Shown here: one piece after another, positions 20,309 through 29,880 of the stretch
How positions within the stretch are numbered: position 1 is the stretch's first letter
How the letters are laid out: every line of letters starts with the position of its first letter
Source: an uncultured Prevotellaceae bacterium
GTDB lineage: Bacteria > Bacteroidota > Bacteroidia > Bacteroidales > Bacteroidaceae
Reading direction: 5' to 3'
Length of the DNA: 64,000 nucleotides
NCBI GenBank assembly: GCA_902792685.1
Contig: CADBAP010000009.1
Location: 7,067 to 71,066, forward strand
Notes under the pieces: generated by a model
Databases searched by the model: none
What the model saw: the letters and a program-made list of their open reading frames with translations, nothing else
Told to the model about the DNA's origin: nothing
Position numbers and translations under genes: made by a program

Positions 20309-21771
20309 AAATAGGATTTGACAACGAGAAGTATCTGAAGATACAATCTGAACACATCAAGGAGCGCATTGCTCAGTTCGACGGAAAACTGTACTTGGAA
20401 CTGGGTGGCAAACTCTTCGACGACCACCATGCATCACGTGTTCTTCCAGGTTTCAAGCCCGACTCGAAACTCCGTATGTTCGGACAGTTGCGCGACAGCA
20501 TAGAAATCGTCATTGTCATCAGCGCAGAGGATATCGAAAAGAACAAGGTACGTGCCGACTTAGGCATCACTTATGACGAGGATGTGCTCCGTCTACGTGA
20601 GGAATTCAAGAGTCGCGACTTCAAAGTAGGTTCTGTTGTCATCACACACTACAACGGACAGCGTACAGCCGACCAGTTCCGTCACCGTTTGGAGCGTATG
20701 GGTATCAAATCCTACATCCACTACCTCATCGATGGTTATCCACACAATGTGGAACTGATTGCCAGCGACGAGGGATTCGGCAAGAACGACTATGTGGAAA
20801 CAGAACGCCCGTTGGTCATCATCACGGCTCCTGGTCCTGGAAGCGGCAAGATGGCCGTCTGTCTCAGTCAGTTGTATAATGAAAACAAACGCGGCATTCG
20901 GGCCGGTTATGCGAAGTTTGAGACGTTCCCTGTTTGGAATCTTCCGTTGAAACATCCCGTCAACATTGCGTACGAGGCTGCCACAGCCGACCTGAACGAT
21001 GTAAACATGATTGACCCGTTCCACCTCGAAGCTTATGGCAAGACAGCAATCAATTACAACCGCGATATCGAAATCTTCCCTGTGCTGAACGCACTCTTTG
21101 AAGGTATCTACGGCGAGAACCCGTATAAGTCGCCTACCGATATGGGTGTCAATATGGTAGGCTTCTGCATCAGCGATGATGAGGTGTGTTGTCAGGCTTC
21201 CCGCGATGAAATCATCCGTCGCTATTACACAGCGACGAACAAACTGGCTGACGGTAACGATAACGAAAACGAAATCAAAAAGATACGCCTGCTGTTCAAT
21301 CAGGCGAAAATCACTACAGCAAATCGTCGCACGACAACAGCTGCCTACGAAAAGAAAATCGAAACAGGACATAATGCTACCGCCATCGAATTGGAAGACG
21401 GCACCATTATCACCGCGAAGACAACACCGCTGCTTGGTTGCAGCGCTGCTCTTCTGCTGAATGTCACCAAACATCTGGCTGGTATCGATCATGAATTGAA
21501 ACTCATTCCTCAAAGCATGATTGAACCGATTCAGAAAACCAAGACAGAATATCTGAAGGGTAAGAATCCGCGTCTGCATACCGATGAGGTGCTGGTAGCC
21601 CTCTCTGTGCTCTCCCAGCATGATGAGAACTGCCGTTTGGCATTGGAACAACTGCCTTTGCTTCGTGGCTGTCAGGTACACAGCACGGTGATGCTTAGCG
21701 AGGTCGATCGTAAGATATTCAACAAGTTAGGCTGTGGCGTTACTTGCGATCCTGTTAAGAAGAAGGGCTGA
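20305..21771 (+). CDS. DUF1846 (UPF0371) family protein
   Basis: KIGFDNEKYL, GGKLFDDHHASRVLPGF, TAPGPGSGK; ATGA overlap with the yidC stop. Confidence 0.88.
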   Translation: MKIGFDNEKYLKIQSEHIKERIAQFDGKLYLELGGKLFDDHHASRVLPGFKPDSKLRMFGQLRDSIEIVIVISAEDIEKNKVRADLGITYDEDVLRLREEFKSRDFKVGSVVITHYNGQRTADQFRHRLERMGIKSYIHYLIDGYPHNVELIASDEGFGKNDYVETERPLVIITAPGPGSGKMAVCLSQLYNENKRGIRAGYAKFETFPVWNLPLKHPVNIAYEAATADLNDVNMIDPFHLEAYGKTAINYNRDIEIFPVLNALFEGIYGENPYKSPTDMGVNMVGFCISDDEVCCQASRDEIIRRYYTATNKLADGNDNENEIKKIRLLFNQAKITTANRRTTTAAYEKKIETGHNATAIELEDGTIITAKTTPLLGCSAALLLNVTKHLAGIDHELKLIPQSMIEPIQKTKTEYLKGKNPRLHTDEVLVALSVLSQHDENCRLALEQLPLLRGCQVHSTVMLSEVDRKIFNKLGCGVTCDPVKKKG

Positions 21772-21809
21772 TTGCCTGTTGGTCAACGAAAAGACAAACA
21801 AATAAAAAT

Positions 21810-23981
21810 ATGTATATGAACAAGACCATGATTACGCTGGCATTGTCATTAGGGATGATGATGCCTGCAAACACAAATGCACAAGAAATGATTGGCAAAA
21901 ACAATATCAAACTGGAGAGCGACCAGATGACTCCGGAGGCATTGTGGGCAATGGGCCGTATTGCAACCGCAAAACCATCACCCGACGGCAAAAAGATTGT
22001 TTTGCAAACTGGCTATTACAGCGTCAAGCAGAATAAGAGTCATCATGTGCTCAGCATGATGGATGCCGATGGTTCCAACCAGTGCCAACTGACAACAACC
22101 AGTAAGAATGAAACCGATCCTGCATGGATTGAGAACGGCACCAAGATTGCCTATCTCTCTGATGGGCAGGTATGGAAGATGAATCCTGACGGCACCGACC
22201 GCCAGCAGCTCACCCATGATGCCACAGAAATCGAAGGCTTTAAGTTCTCGCCCGACGGAAAACAGATTATCCTCATCAAGAGTCTGCCCTATCACGGCAG
22301 CATCCAGGAGAACCCTGCCGACCTGCCGAAAGCAACAGGACGACTGGTAACCGATATGAACTACCGCCATTGGGACCATTATGTGGAAACCATCGCTCAT
22401 CCGTTTGTCGCCAATGTGTCGGCAGAGGGTATCGATGCTGGAAAAGACCTGTTGGAAGGAAAGCCCTACGAATGTCCGATGGCTCCCTTTGGGGGTATCG
22501 AACAGCTCGACTGGAGCACCGATTCCAAGCACATTGCTTATACCTGTCGCACGAAAGAGGGTGTGGAATATGCCATTTCTACCGATTCCGACATTTTCCT
22601 GTATGACACCAACACCAATCAGCACCAGAATCTCTGTAAACCAGCAGACTATGTGGCTCCAAAGGTTGATGCCACCAAGACGATGGCAACACAATCCGTC
22701 AACAGCAAGGAGAATCTGAAGAACAATGTCGGCTACGACACCAATCCGCAGTTCTCACCCGATGGTCAATATGTAGCGTGGTTGTCGATGGAGCGCGATG
22801 GATACGAGAGCGACCGCAACCGTCTGTGTGTCTATAACTTGACGACAGGCGAGAAGAAATACATGACAGAAAGCTTCGATTCGAATGTGGATGATTTCTG
22901 CTGGTCGGATACGAAGGACGCGATGATTTATTTCATCGGCGTCTGGCACGGAACAGAAAACCTCTATGCCATCAATTGGAAAGGGGAAGTAAAACAGCTC
23001 ACCGACAACTGGGCTGACTTCGGTTCTGTACAAATGCTTGGCGACAAGAAACGTCTGCTGATGGAACGCCACAGCTATACGGAGTGTGCCGACCTGTATC
23101 TTGTTACCCCTGGCAAGACTGCTGCAAAGACGAAAATTGAACAGATTACCAACGAAAACAAGCACATCTTCGACCAGTTGGCCAAACCAAGCGTTGCACA
23201 GCGCTGGACCAAGACCACAGACGGCAAAGACATGATGTACTGGGTGATCCGTCCACCACACTTCGACGAAACCAAGAAGTACCCCACCCTGCTCTTCTGC
23301 GAAGGTGGTCCACAGAGTCCCGTCAGCCAGTTCTGGAGCTACCGTTGGAACTTCATGATTATGGCATCACAGGGATATGTCGTCGTAGCCCCCAACCGTC
23401 GCGGTTTACCAGGCTTCGGCTCAGAATGGTGCGAGGAAATCTCTGGCGACTGGACAGGTCAATGTATGAAGGACTACCTCTCTGCCATCGACGATGCTGC
23501 CGACAACTTGGCGTATGTTGACCGCGACCGTCTGGGTGCCGTTGGTGCCTCCTTTGGCGGTTTCAGCGTCTATTATCTGGCTGGTCATCACGACAAGCGC
23601 TTCAAGTGTTTCATTGCCCACGATGGTGCTTTCAACCTTGAAAGCATGTACACCGATACAGAAGAAGTATGGTTCTCTAATTGGGAGTACGACGATGCTT
23701 ACTGGAATAAAGACCAGACAGAACGTGCGAAGAAGACTTATGCCAACTCACCGCATCTGTTTGTTGACAAGTGGGATACCCCTATTCTCTGCATTCATGG
23801 TGAGAAAGACTATCGCATCAATGCCAACCAGGGAATGGGTGCCTTCAATGCAGCCCGTCTGCGTGGCATCCCTGCCGAACTGCTCATCTTCCCTGACGAG
23901 AACCACTGGGTGCTGAAACCCCAGAACGGCATCCTTTGGCAGCGTACCTTCTTCAATTGGCTCGACCGCTGGCTTAAGTAA
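21810..23981 (+). CDS. S9 family peptidase (dipeptidyl-peptidase 5-like)
   Basis: signal peptide, beta-propeller, GASFGG nucleophile, HGEKDYR, FPDENHW. Confidence 0.92.
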   Translation: MYMNKTMITLALSLGMMMPANTNAQEMIGKNNIKLESDQMTPEALWAMGRIATAKPSPDGKKIVLQTGYYSVKQNKSHHVLSMMDADGSNQCQLTTTSKNETDPAWIENGTKIAYLSDGQVWKMNPDGTDRQQLTHDATEIEGFKFSPDGKQIILIKSLPYHGSIQENPADLPKATGRLVTDMNYRHWDHYVETIAHPFVANVSAEGIDAGKDLLEGKPYECPMAPFGGIEQLDWSTDSKHIAYTCRTKEGVEYAISTDSDIFLYDTNTNQHQNLCKPADYVAPKVDATKTMATQSVNSKENLKNNVGYDTNPQFSPDGQYVAWLSMERDGYESDRNRLCVYNLTTGEKKYMTESFDSNVDDFCWSDTKDAMIYFIGVWHGTENLYAINWKGEVKQLTDNWADFGSVQMLGDKKRLLMERHSYTECADLYLVTPGKTAAKTKIEQITNENKHIFDQLAKPSVAQRWTKTTDGKDMMYWVIRPPHFDETKKYPTLLFCEGGPQSPVSQFWSYRWNFMIMASQGYVVVAPNRRGLPGFGSEWCEEISGDWTGQCMKDYLSAIDDAADNLAYVDRDRLGAVGASFGGFSVYYLAGHHDKRFKCFIAHDGAFNLESMYTDTEEVWFSNWEYDDAYWNKDQTERAKKTYANSPHLFVDKWDTPILCIHGEKDYRINANQGMGAFNAARLRGIPAELLIFPDENHWVLKPQNGILWQRTFFNWLDRWLK

Positions 23982-23991
23982 AGTGCAAAAA

Positions 23992-24066
23992 GGAGTTCCT
24001 TGAGAACTTCGTTCAAAAAAAAATAAAAAGTAAAAAAGGGAGTTCCTTGAGAACTTCGTTCAAAAA
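23992..24066 (+). repeat. two identical 28-bp hairpin-forming direct repeats
   Basis: GGAGTTCCTTGAGAACTTCGTTCAAAAA at 23992-24019 and 24039-24066. Confidence 0.9.
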
Positions 24067-24081
24067 TAAAAAGGTAAAAAT

Positions 24082-25710
24082 ATGACACAAACAATTCAAA
24101 AGACACTTAGAGATTCTGCCGGTATGCGGTGGACAGCGTTGTTGCTGCTGGCGCTTGCAATGTTCTGCAGCTACATCTTCATGGATATCCTATCGCCCAT
24201 CAAAGACCTGATGCAGGAAACACGTGGTTGGGACTCTTCATCCTTTGGTAGGATGCAAGGATCCGAAGTGTTTCTCAACGTATTTGCGTTCTTCCTTATC
24301 TTCGCCGGTATCATTCTCGACAAAATGGGAGTTCGCTTCACAATGGTACTTTCAGCTGGTGTAATGCTCATTGGTGCATGCATAAAATGGTATGCTGTAA
24401 GCGAATCATTTATTGGAAGCTCAATGGAAGCATGGTTTAACAATCATCTTAATTGGGGAGCACCATTCGGACAAGAATGGCTCGACGTTCTACCATTTGC
24501 AGAAGGAATGCCTGCTTCAGCAAAGCTTGCCGCGAGTGGATTTATGATTTTCGGTTGTGGCTGCGAGATGGCAGGAATAACAGTCAGCCGCGGAATCGTG
24601 AAATGGTTTAAAGGTCGTGAGATGGCAATGGCCATGGGATCAGAAATGGCTCTTGCCCGTTTGGGTGTTGCCACCTGCATGATTTTTTCTCCTTACTTCG
24701 CTCACTTAGGCGAAAACGTCAGCGTCAGCCGTTCTGTTGCATTTGGAGTTGTACTCATGTGCATCGCACTTATCATGTCAATAGTTTATTTCTTCCTTGA
24801 CAAGAAGTTGGATGCCCAGACAGGTGAAGCTGAAGAAAAAGACGATCCGTTTAAGATTAGCGACATAGGACAAATCCTTAAGTCAAGCGGTTTCTGGCTC
24901 GTTGCACTTCTGTGTGTGCTCTATTATAGTGCCATATTCCCATTCCAGAAGTACGCCACCAACATGCTGCAATGCAACCTTACACTGACCACTCCCTCGC
25001 CTGACTCCTTCTGGGCAAGCAATACAGTAACAATGATTCAATATGCGCTATCGCTACTTGTTGCAGCCACAGGATTTGCAAGCAATTTCCAAAAGAAAGC
25101 CTCTGCAAGACACACACTTCTTGGCATTTCTATTGTTGCTTTGATAACCTATTGCTACATGGGTTATATGTGCCAGTCGGCAGGTTCCATCTTTGCTGTA
25201 TTCCCATTGCTGGCAGTACTCATCACTCCTATCCTTGGTTCTTATGTTGACCACAAAGGAAAAGCAGCCTCAATGCTTATCTTAGGCTCGTTGCTGCTCA
25301 TTGGCTGTCACCTTACATTCGCCTTCATATTGCCAATGTTCAAAGACTCTGCCATCGGAGGGGTAACAATAGCCTACATCACAATACTTGTTCTCGGAGC
25401 ATCATTCTCACTTGTTCCGGCAAGTCTGTGGCCAAGTGTTCCCAAACTTGTAGATGCGAAAATCATTGGTTCTGCATATGCTTTGATTTTCTGGATTCAG
25501 AACATTGGTCTTTGGCTATTCCCTACACTCTACGGAAAAATTCTTGATGCAACAAATCCTCAAGGTACGGCTGCTACTGAGTTAGATCACACAATCCCGC
25601 TAATCATGTTCGCTGGTCTCGGCTTAGCAGCACTTATTCTTGGCCTTGTACTTAAAATCGTTGATAAGAAGAAAGGTATCGGTCTGGAAGAACCGAACAT
25701 CAAGGAATAA
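24082..25710 (+). CDS. MFS transporter (MFSD1-like)
   Basis: many hydrophobic helices, GIILDKMGVR motif A, KWFKGREMAMAMG..MALARLG. Confidence 0.85.
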   Translation: MTQTIQKTLRDSAGMRWTALLLLALAMFCSYIFMDILSPIKDLMQETRGWDSSSFGRMQGSEVFLNVFAFFLIFAGIILDKMGVRFTMVLSAGVMLIGACIKWYAVSESFIGSSMEAWFNNHLNWGAPFGQEWLDVLPFAEGMPASAKLAASGFMIFGCGCEMAGITVSRGIVKWFKGREMAMAMGSEMALARLGVATCMIFSPYFAHLGENVSVSRSVAFGVVLMCIALIMSIVYFFLDKKLDAQTGEAEEKDDPFKISDIGQILKSSGFWLVALLCVLYYSAIFPFQKYATNMLQCNLTLTTPSPDSFWASNTVTMIQYALSLLVAATGFASNFQKKASARHTLLGISIVALITYCYMGYMCQSAGSIFAVFPLLAVLITPILGSYVDHKGKAASMLILGSLLLIGCHLTFAFILPMFKDSAIGGVTIAYITILVLGASFSLVPASLWPSVPKLVDAKIIGSAYALIFWIQNIGLWLFPTLYGKILDATNPQGTAATELDHTIPLIMFAGLGLAALILGLVLKIVDKKKGIGLEEPNIKE

Positions 25711-25747
25711 AAGCCCCCTCCAACCTCCCCTTCAAGGGGGAGGCTTT
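25710..25747. terminator. REP-like GC hairpin between convergent genes
   Basis: CCTCCCC-TTCAAG-GGGGAGG followed by CTTT. Confidence 0.6.
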
Positions 25748-25769
25748 GTCACCAAACGACCAATAAAGC

Positions 25770-26330
25770 TTAAAGCATAAATTTGAGTTTCAGGAACATC
25801 TGGAAGAACCAGGAGTGAACATCGGAAAGCAAGATGGTGATTTGCGCCATCAGCCACAAGCCGAAAATAACACCGACAATAAACAGGAAACTGAAACCAA
25901 AGAATAACCACAAGTCCGCATCTTCGTATTTCTCACGGAAGATGCGGATTTTCTTTGCTACCCATCGCAAGAAACGCACGATGATATGGAAGAGCCACGT
26001 GAAAGCGCTCCACAGCCGACGCCAGAAACCTAGTCGTTTAGGTGATTGGTCGTTTGGTCGTTTGGGTGATTGGTCGTCTAGTTGTTTAGGCTCCTCTCCC
26101 TTTGGGGAAGGCGACGGGGGGGCGAGCTCCGCTCGGGATGGGGGTTGGGGGTGGGGTCTTCCCTTCATCGCTTTAGCCTGTACTACGGGCATAGCACCGC
26201 CACCCTGCTCTACCAACAGAAAGGGCACCACGTTGCCACAATCAGGACAACGATATTTGGAAACGCCGTATCTTTGAACGTTGATACGGAACACGCGTCC
26301 ACACTCATAACACTTCACATAGAACTTCAC
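25770..26330 (-). CDS. hypothetical zinc-ribbon membrane protein
   Basis: CYEC...CPDC at N-terminus, repeat-derived Pro-rich linker, C-terminal TM helices; GTG start just after minus-strand TACCTTTG (26336-26343). Confidence 0.6.
   Translation of the reverse strand: MKFYVKCYECGRVFRINVQRYGVSKYRCPDCGNVVPFLLVEQGGGAMPVVQAKAMKGRPHPQPPSRAELAPPSPSPKGEEPKQLDDQSPKRPNDQSPKRLGFWRRLWSAFTWLFHIIVRFLRWVAKKIRIFREKYEDADLWLFFGFSFLFIVGVIFGLWLMAQITILLSDVHSWFFQMFLKLKFML
26031..26157. repeat. octamer array (T[AG]GTCGTT family) plus REP-like hairpin inside a CDS
   Basis: tagtcgtt taggtgat tggtcgtt tggtcgtt tgggtgat tggtcgtc tagttgtt, then ctctccctttggggaagg. Confidence 0.8.
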
Positions 26331-26412
26331 GCAAACAAAGGTAATTCTTTTTTGCGAAACAAACAATAGTTTCAATAAAAATGTATAACTTTGCACGCGA
26401 AAACTGAAAGAT

Positions 26413-28113
26413 ATGGATTGGATTATCAATTTATTTACAAATCAAGAGTCGGTAGCACACATTGTGCTGCTCTACTCAATTGTCATTGCCACAGGTGTTT
26501 ATCTGGGCAAAATTAAAATCGGAGGCATCTCGCTGGGAGTTACCTTCGTTCTGTTTGCGGGCATCCTCGCCGGACATATCGGATTCACAGGAACACCAGC
26601 CACGCTGAACTTCATGCAAGACTTTGGACTGATACTCTTTGTCTTCATGATAGGTCTGCAGGTTGGTCCGGGCTTCTTTGAGAGTTTCGGAGCTGCAGGA
26701 GTCAAACTCAACATCATGTCGGCTTGTGCCATTCTGCTCAATATCGGTGTGATGTTTGCATGCTATTACCTGTTCTTCGACACCAACAACCACAACAACC
26801 TGCCTATGATGGTGGGTACGCTCTACGGAGCTGTCACCAATACACCGGGTTTGGGTGCTGCCAACGAAGCACTGTCGTCTATCGATGTGTTCAAGGACAA
26901 TCCGCCCATGATTGCCAACGGCTATGCCTGCGCTTATCCGTTAGGTGTGCTTGGCATCATCGGAGCCACCCTTGCCGTTAAATATTTCTGCAAAATCAGC
27001 TTTGAGAAAGAAGAGCAGGATTTGCAGGCGCAAGAAGACGAGAACCCACATGAGAAGCCGCATCAGATGCATCTGCGCGTAGAGAACGCCTTTATCACAG
27101 GTCGAAATCTGATGCAAATCAGCGAGTTCCTGAAGCGCGACATCGTCTGCACACGCCTCTTCCACGATGGCAAAGTCAGCATTCCCAACCGCAACACCGT
27201 CTTTGAACTCAATGATGAGGTACTCATCGTATGCGCCGAAGTGGATGCAGAAGCCATCAAGTCATTCATCGGACCGGAAGTAGAAGCCGGATGGAGCATC
27301 GAAGACGAAAAGCAGCCGATGGTGAGCCGTCGTATCGTGGTTACCAATCCGAAGATGAACGGAAAAACATTGGGCAAGATGCACTTCTCCAGCGTCTATG
27401 GTGTCAACGTCACCCGTATCACCCGTCAGGGAATGGACCTGTTTGCTTCACGCAACCACCATTTCCACGTTGGCGACCGCATCATGGTAGTCGGTCCAGA
27501 GGACAATGTCAACCGTGTGGCTGAGTTGATGGGTAACAGCGTCAAGCGTCTCGATGCCCCCAACATCGCTACCATCTTCATCGGTATCATCATTGGTATC
27601 CTCTTCGGTAGCCTTCCCTTCGCCATCCCAGGCATGCCCGTACCGTTGAAACTCGGTTTGGCTGGCGGCCCATTGATTATCGCCATCCTCATCGGACGCT
27701 TCGGCTACCGCATCAAACTTGTCACCTATACCACCACCTCAGCCAATATGATGTTGCGCGAAATCGGTCTGGTGCTTTTCCTGGCAAGTGTCGGCATCAA
27801 AGCTGGAGCCAACTTCTGGGATACCGTTGTCGATGGCGACGGACTGAAATACGTGCTGACAGGATTCCTCATCACCATCATCCCGATCTTGATTATCGGC
27901 ACCATTGCCCGCGTGAAATTCAAGTTCAACTATTTCACCATCATGGGTATGCTGGCAGGTACCTATACCGATCCCCCTGCCCTCGCCTACGCCAACAGCG
28001 TTTGCAACCGCGAGGCACCAGCCATCGGCTATTCTACGGTTTATCCGTTGAGCATGTTCCTTCGCATCTTCACCGCCCAGATCATCGTCCTGTTCTGTTG
28101 CGGCGTATTGTAA
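26413..28113 (+). CDS. AspT/YidE/YbjL family transporter with TrkA-C domains
   Basis: [41 protein letters not shown]. Confidence 0.9.
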   Translation: MDWIINLFTNQESVAHIVLLYSIVIATGVYLGKIKIGGISLGVTFVLFAGILAGHIGFTGTPATLNFMQDFGLILFVFMIGLQVGPGFFESFGAAGVKLNIMSACAILLNIGVMFACYYLFFDTNNHNNLPMMVGTLYGAVTNTPGLGAANEALSSIDVFKDNPPMIANGYACAYPLGVLGIIGATLAVKYFCKISFEKEEQDLQAQEDENPHEKPHQMHLRVENAFITGRNLMQISEFLKRDIVCTRLFHDGKVSIPNRNTVFELNDEVLIVCAEVDAEAIKSFIGPEVEAGWSIEDEKQPMVSRRIVVTNPKMNGKTLGKMHFSSVYGVNVTRITRQGMDLFASRNHHFHVGDRIMVVGPEDNVNRVAELMGNSVKRLDAPNIATIFIGIIIGILFGSLPFAIPGMPVPLKLGLAGGPLIIAILIGRFGYRIKLVTYTTTSANMMLREIGLVLFLASVGIKAGANFWDTVVDGDGLKYVLTGFLITIIPILIIGTIARVKFKFNYFTIMGMLAGTYTDPPALAYANSVCNREAPAIGYSTVYPLSMFLRIFTAQIIVLFCCGVL

Positions 28114-28134
28114 ATAAAGGAAAAATGTTATTAA

Positions 28135-28174
28135 GTACACAAAGGGGACTGTCCGGACAGTCCCTTTTGTGTAC
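28135..28174. terminator. 40-bp near-perfect palindrome (terminator or REP-like)
   Basis: GTACACAAAGGGGACTGTCC|GGACAGTCCCTTTTGTGTAC, one G-T mismatch. Confidence 0.75.
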
Positions 28175-28292
28175 AACCTGACAACAGCAGCACCATCAGA
28201 ACTTGTGGTGAAGTAGATGGTTGAAATCCCTTCAAGGTATGCAAATAAGTTCAGTTTGAAGGATGGAAAATGGTATAAGTAGAATTGAATAA

Positions 28293-28327
28293 GAATTCCA
28301 CCTTAGTTTGTTCTAGGGTGGGGATTC
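28293..28327 (-). terminator. probable terminator of the 28371-29426 gene
   Basis: GAATTCCACCTTAG-TTTGTT-CTAGGGTGGGGATTC stem, T-rich tail on the minus strand. Confidence 0.55.
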
Positions 28328-28370
28328 GCTTGTTTTTATAAACATAAAGATAAACTTTAAGTGAAAGCCT

Positions 28371-29426
28371 CTATGATTTCAATTTCTCTATCTGTTCCTT
28401 GATACTATCTAACTCATCAATGTGGATAGTTTCATCTTGCAATTTGGCATATAGTTCATTAGCTAATGCCACTTTTTCTGCATTGTAAGGTTGCATATAG
28501 TTTGAAGGATTCGCTATAAACTTCAGACTTTCAATTTCATCCTTGTCAATGAATGAAATCTGTAATTCAGATTCTATCCTTCTCCTAATCTCTTTCAAAG
28601 AGATATCATCAGACTTGTCCGTTTTCTGCAATTCAGCATAAATACTATTTGCCTTATCCACCATTTCCTTATTGTATGGTGACATATAATTTTGAGGGTT
28701 GCATTTCCTTTCAAGAACATACCACAATCCCTGAGTTTTGTCAAGGATTTTTTCCTTCTCTTTACCCTTTATCTTCTTAATTTTAGAACCTAAGGCATTA
28801 AAGTAGATGCCTGAATATAGCAAAATCAATAAAACATTGGCAATGATTAAAAGCACCAAGAAAATGCCATTAGGTGTTCTTACATATTTAGCCTTTGTTG
28901 CAATATTCATAGTTGCTGAACCATATATAATCTGTCCACCACCAGTAAAAGGTATTGCATAATCATCTTTTTCTAGCTTATAGAAAGATGATTTTGTTGC
29001 TAATATGCTTTCAATGTCAGGTGGATTTGTTGTATATGTCCATTCGTGAAGCATAAAAGGTGAGTTGGGTGTAGTTGATGGACCAGTAGCGAATTCATAA
29101 GCCATATATGAAATCCTTTTTCCATCAACACCCTTCAGTATACTAGGTTCAAGTTGAACTGTCTGAATTATGATGCCAGGTTTTTGTTCATCTCCAAATA
29201 CAAAGGATTCAGTTTTAATCCAATCTAAAGACCATTCCCCTGTCGACGGGTCAAAATCCTTTGTTAAATATCCTGTACCACGATAGCTATCGGAAAATAC
29301 AAATTGATTACTGAGTTGCTGATAAAATTCTCGTTTATCTGCTTCATTGTATTTATATAAACCAAAATTTAAGCCGCCAAGGAGGATAACTAAACCTAAG
29401 AAGAAAAAACCATATATCTTTTGCAT
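28371..29426 (-). CDS. hypothetical two-TM membrane protein with duplicated C-terminal NPxNYMxPYN domain
   Basis: 351-codon ORF in AT-rich DNA, two TM segments, internal repeat, own -7 box TATTTTTG at 29508-29515 (-). Confidence 0.8.
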   Translation of the reverse strand: MQKIYGFFFLGLVILLGGLNFGLYKYNEADKREFYQQLSNQFVFSDSYRGTGYLTKDFDPSTGEWSLDWIKTESFVFGDEQKPGIIIQTVQLEPSILKGVDGKRISYMAYEFATGPSTTPNSPFMLHEWTYTTNPPDIESILATKSSFYKLEKDDYAIPFTGGGQIIYGSATMNIATKAKYVRTPNGIFLVLLIIANVLLILLYSGIYFNALGSKIKKIKGKEKEKILDKTQGLWYVLERKCNPQNYMSPYNKEMVDKANSIYAELQKTDKSDDISLKEIRRRIESELQISFIDKDEIESLKFIANPSNYMQPYNAEKVALANELYAKLQDETIHIDELDSIKEQIEKLKS

Positions 29427-29880
29427 AATCAGTAAAGTTTGAATTTAATAATATCACACGGGGGCATTCTGTTGATCATTTTTTCTAACTTTTCTTTATG
29501 ACGAGGGCAAAAATACGGACTTTTCTGTAAATGAACAAATTTTGGAACAGCGAATACAAAGAAATGCTTGCATTTCATTTGTTGAGTCGCGACAAAATTG
29601 ACCGAAGGGCAAATCTTCATTTCAAAATGATCACCAGAACCGACCCCGTAATCAACGACTTCTATCCTCTCACATTGCAAAGGTACAAATACGGTTTTGA
29701 CCCCACAAACATTTTTCAAATTATCGGGGGTAAAATCGGGTTTTTGAAATGCGCGCCACGCATGTAATTAACTTATATATAGGTATTTACAAGGAAATTT
29801 TAGCGTTTCTTATTTACATCTTATTTACATGCCGTAAAATCCAAAATGGCCATCAGAAGCCCAGAAGCCACTTTGTCGCC

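Noticed and set aside
20593..22694. long antisense ORFs (362 aa and 238 aa) and similar ones opposite other genes
   Set aside because: Shadow frames of well-supported genes with no recognisable motifs.
23992..24066. possible mini-CRISPR array
   Set aside because: Only two repeats, the 19-nt spacer is low-complexity A-rich sequence, and there are no cas genes in the window.
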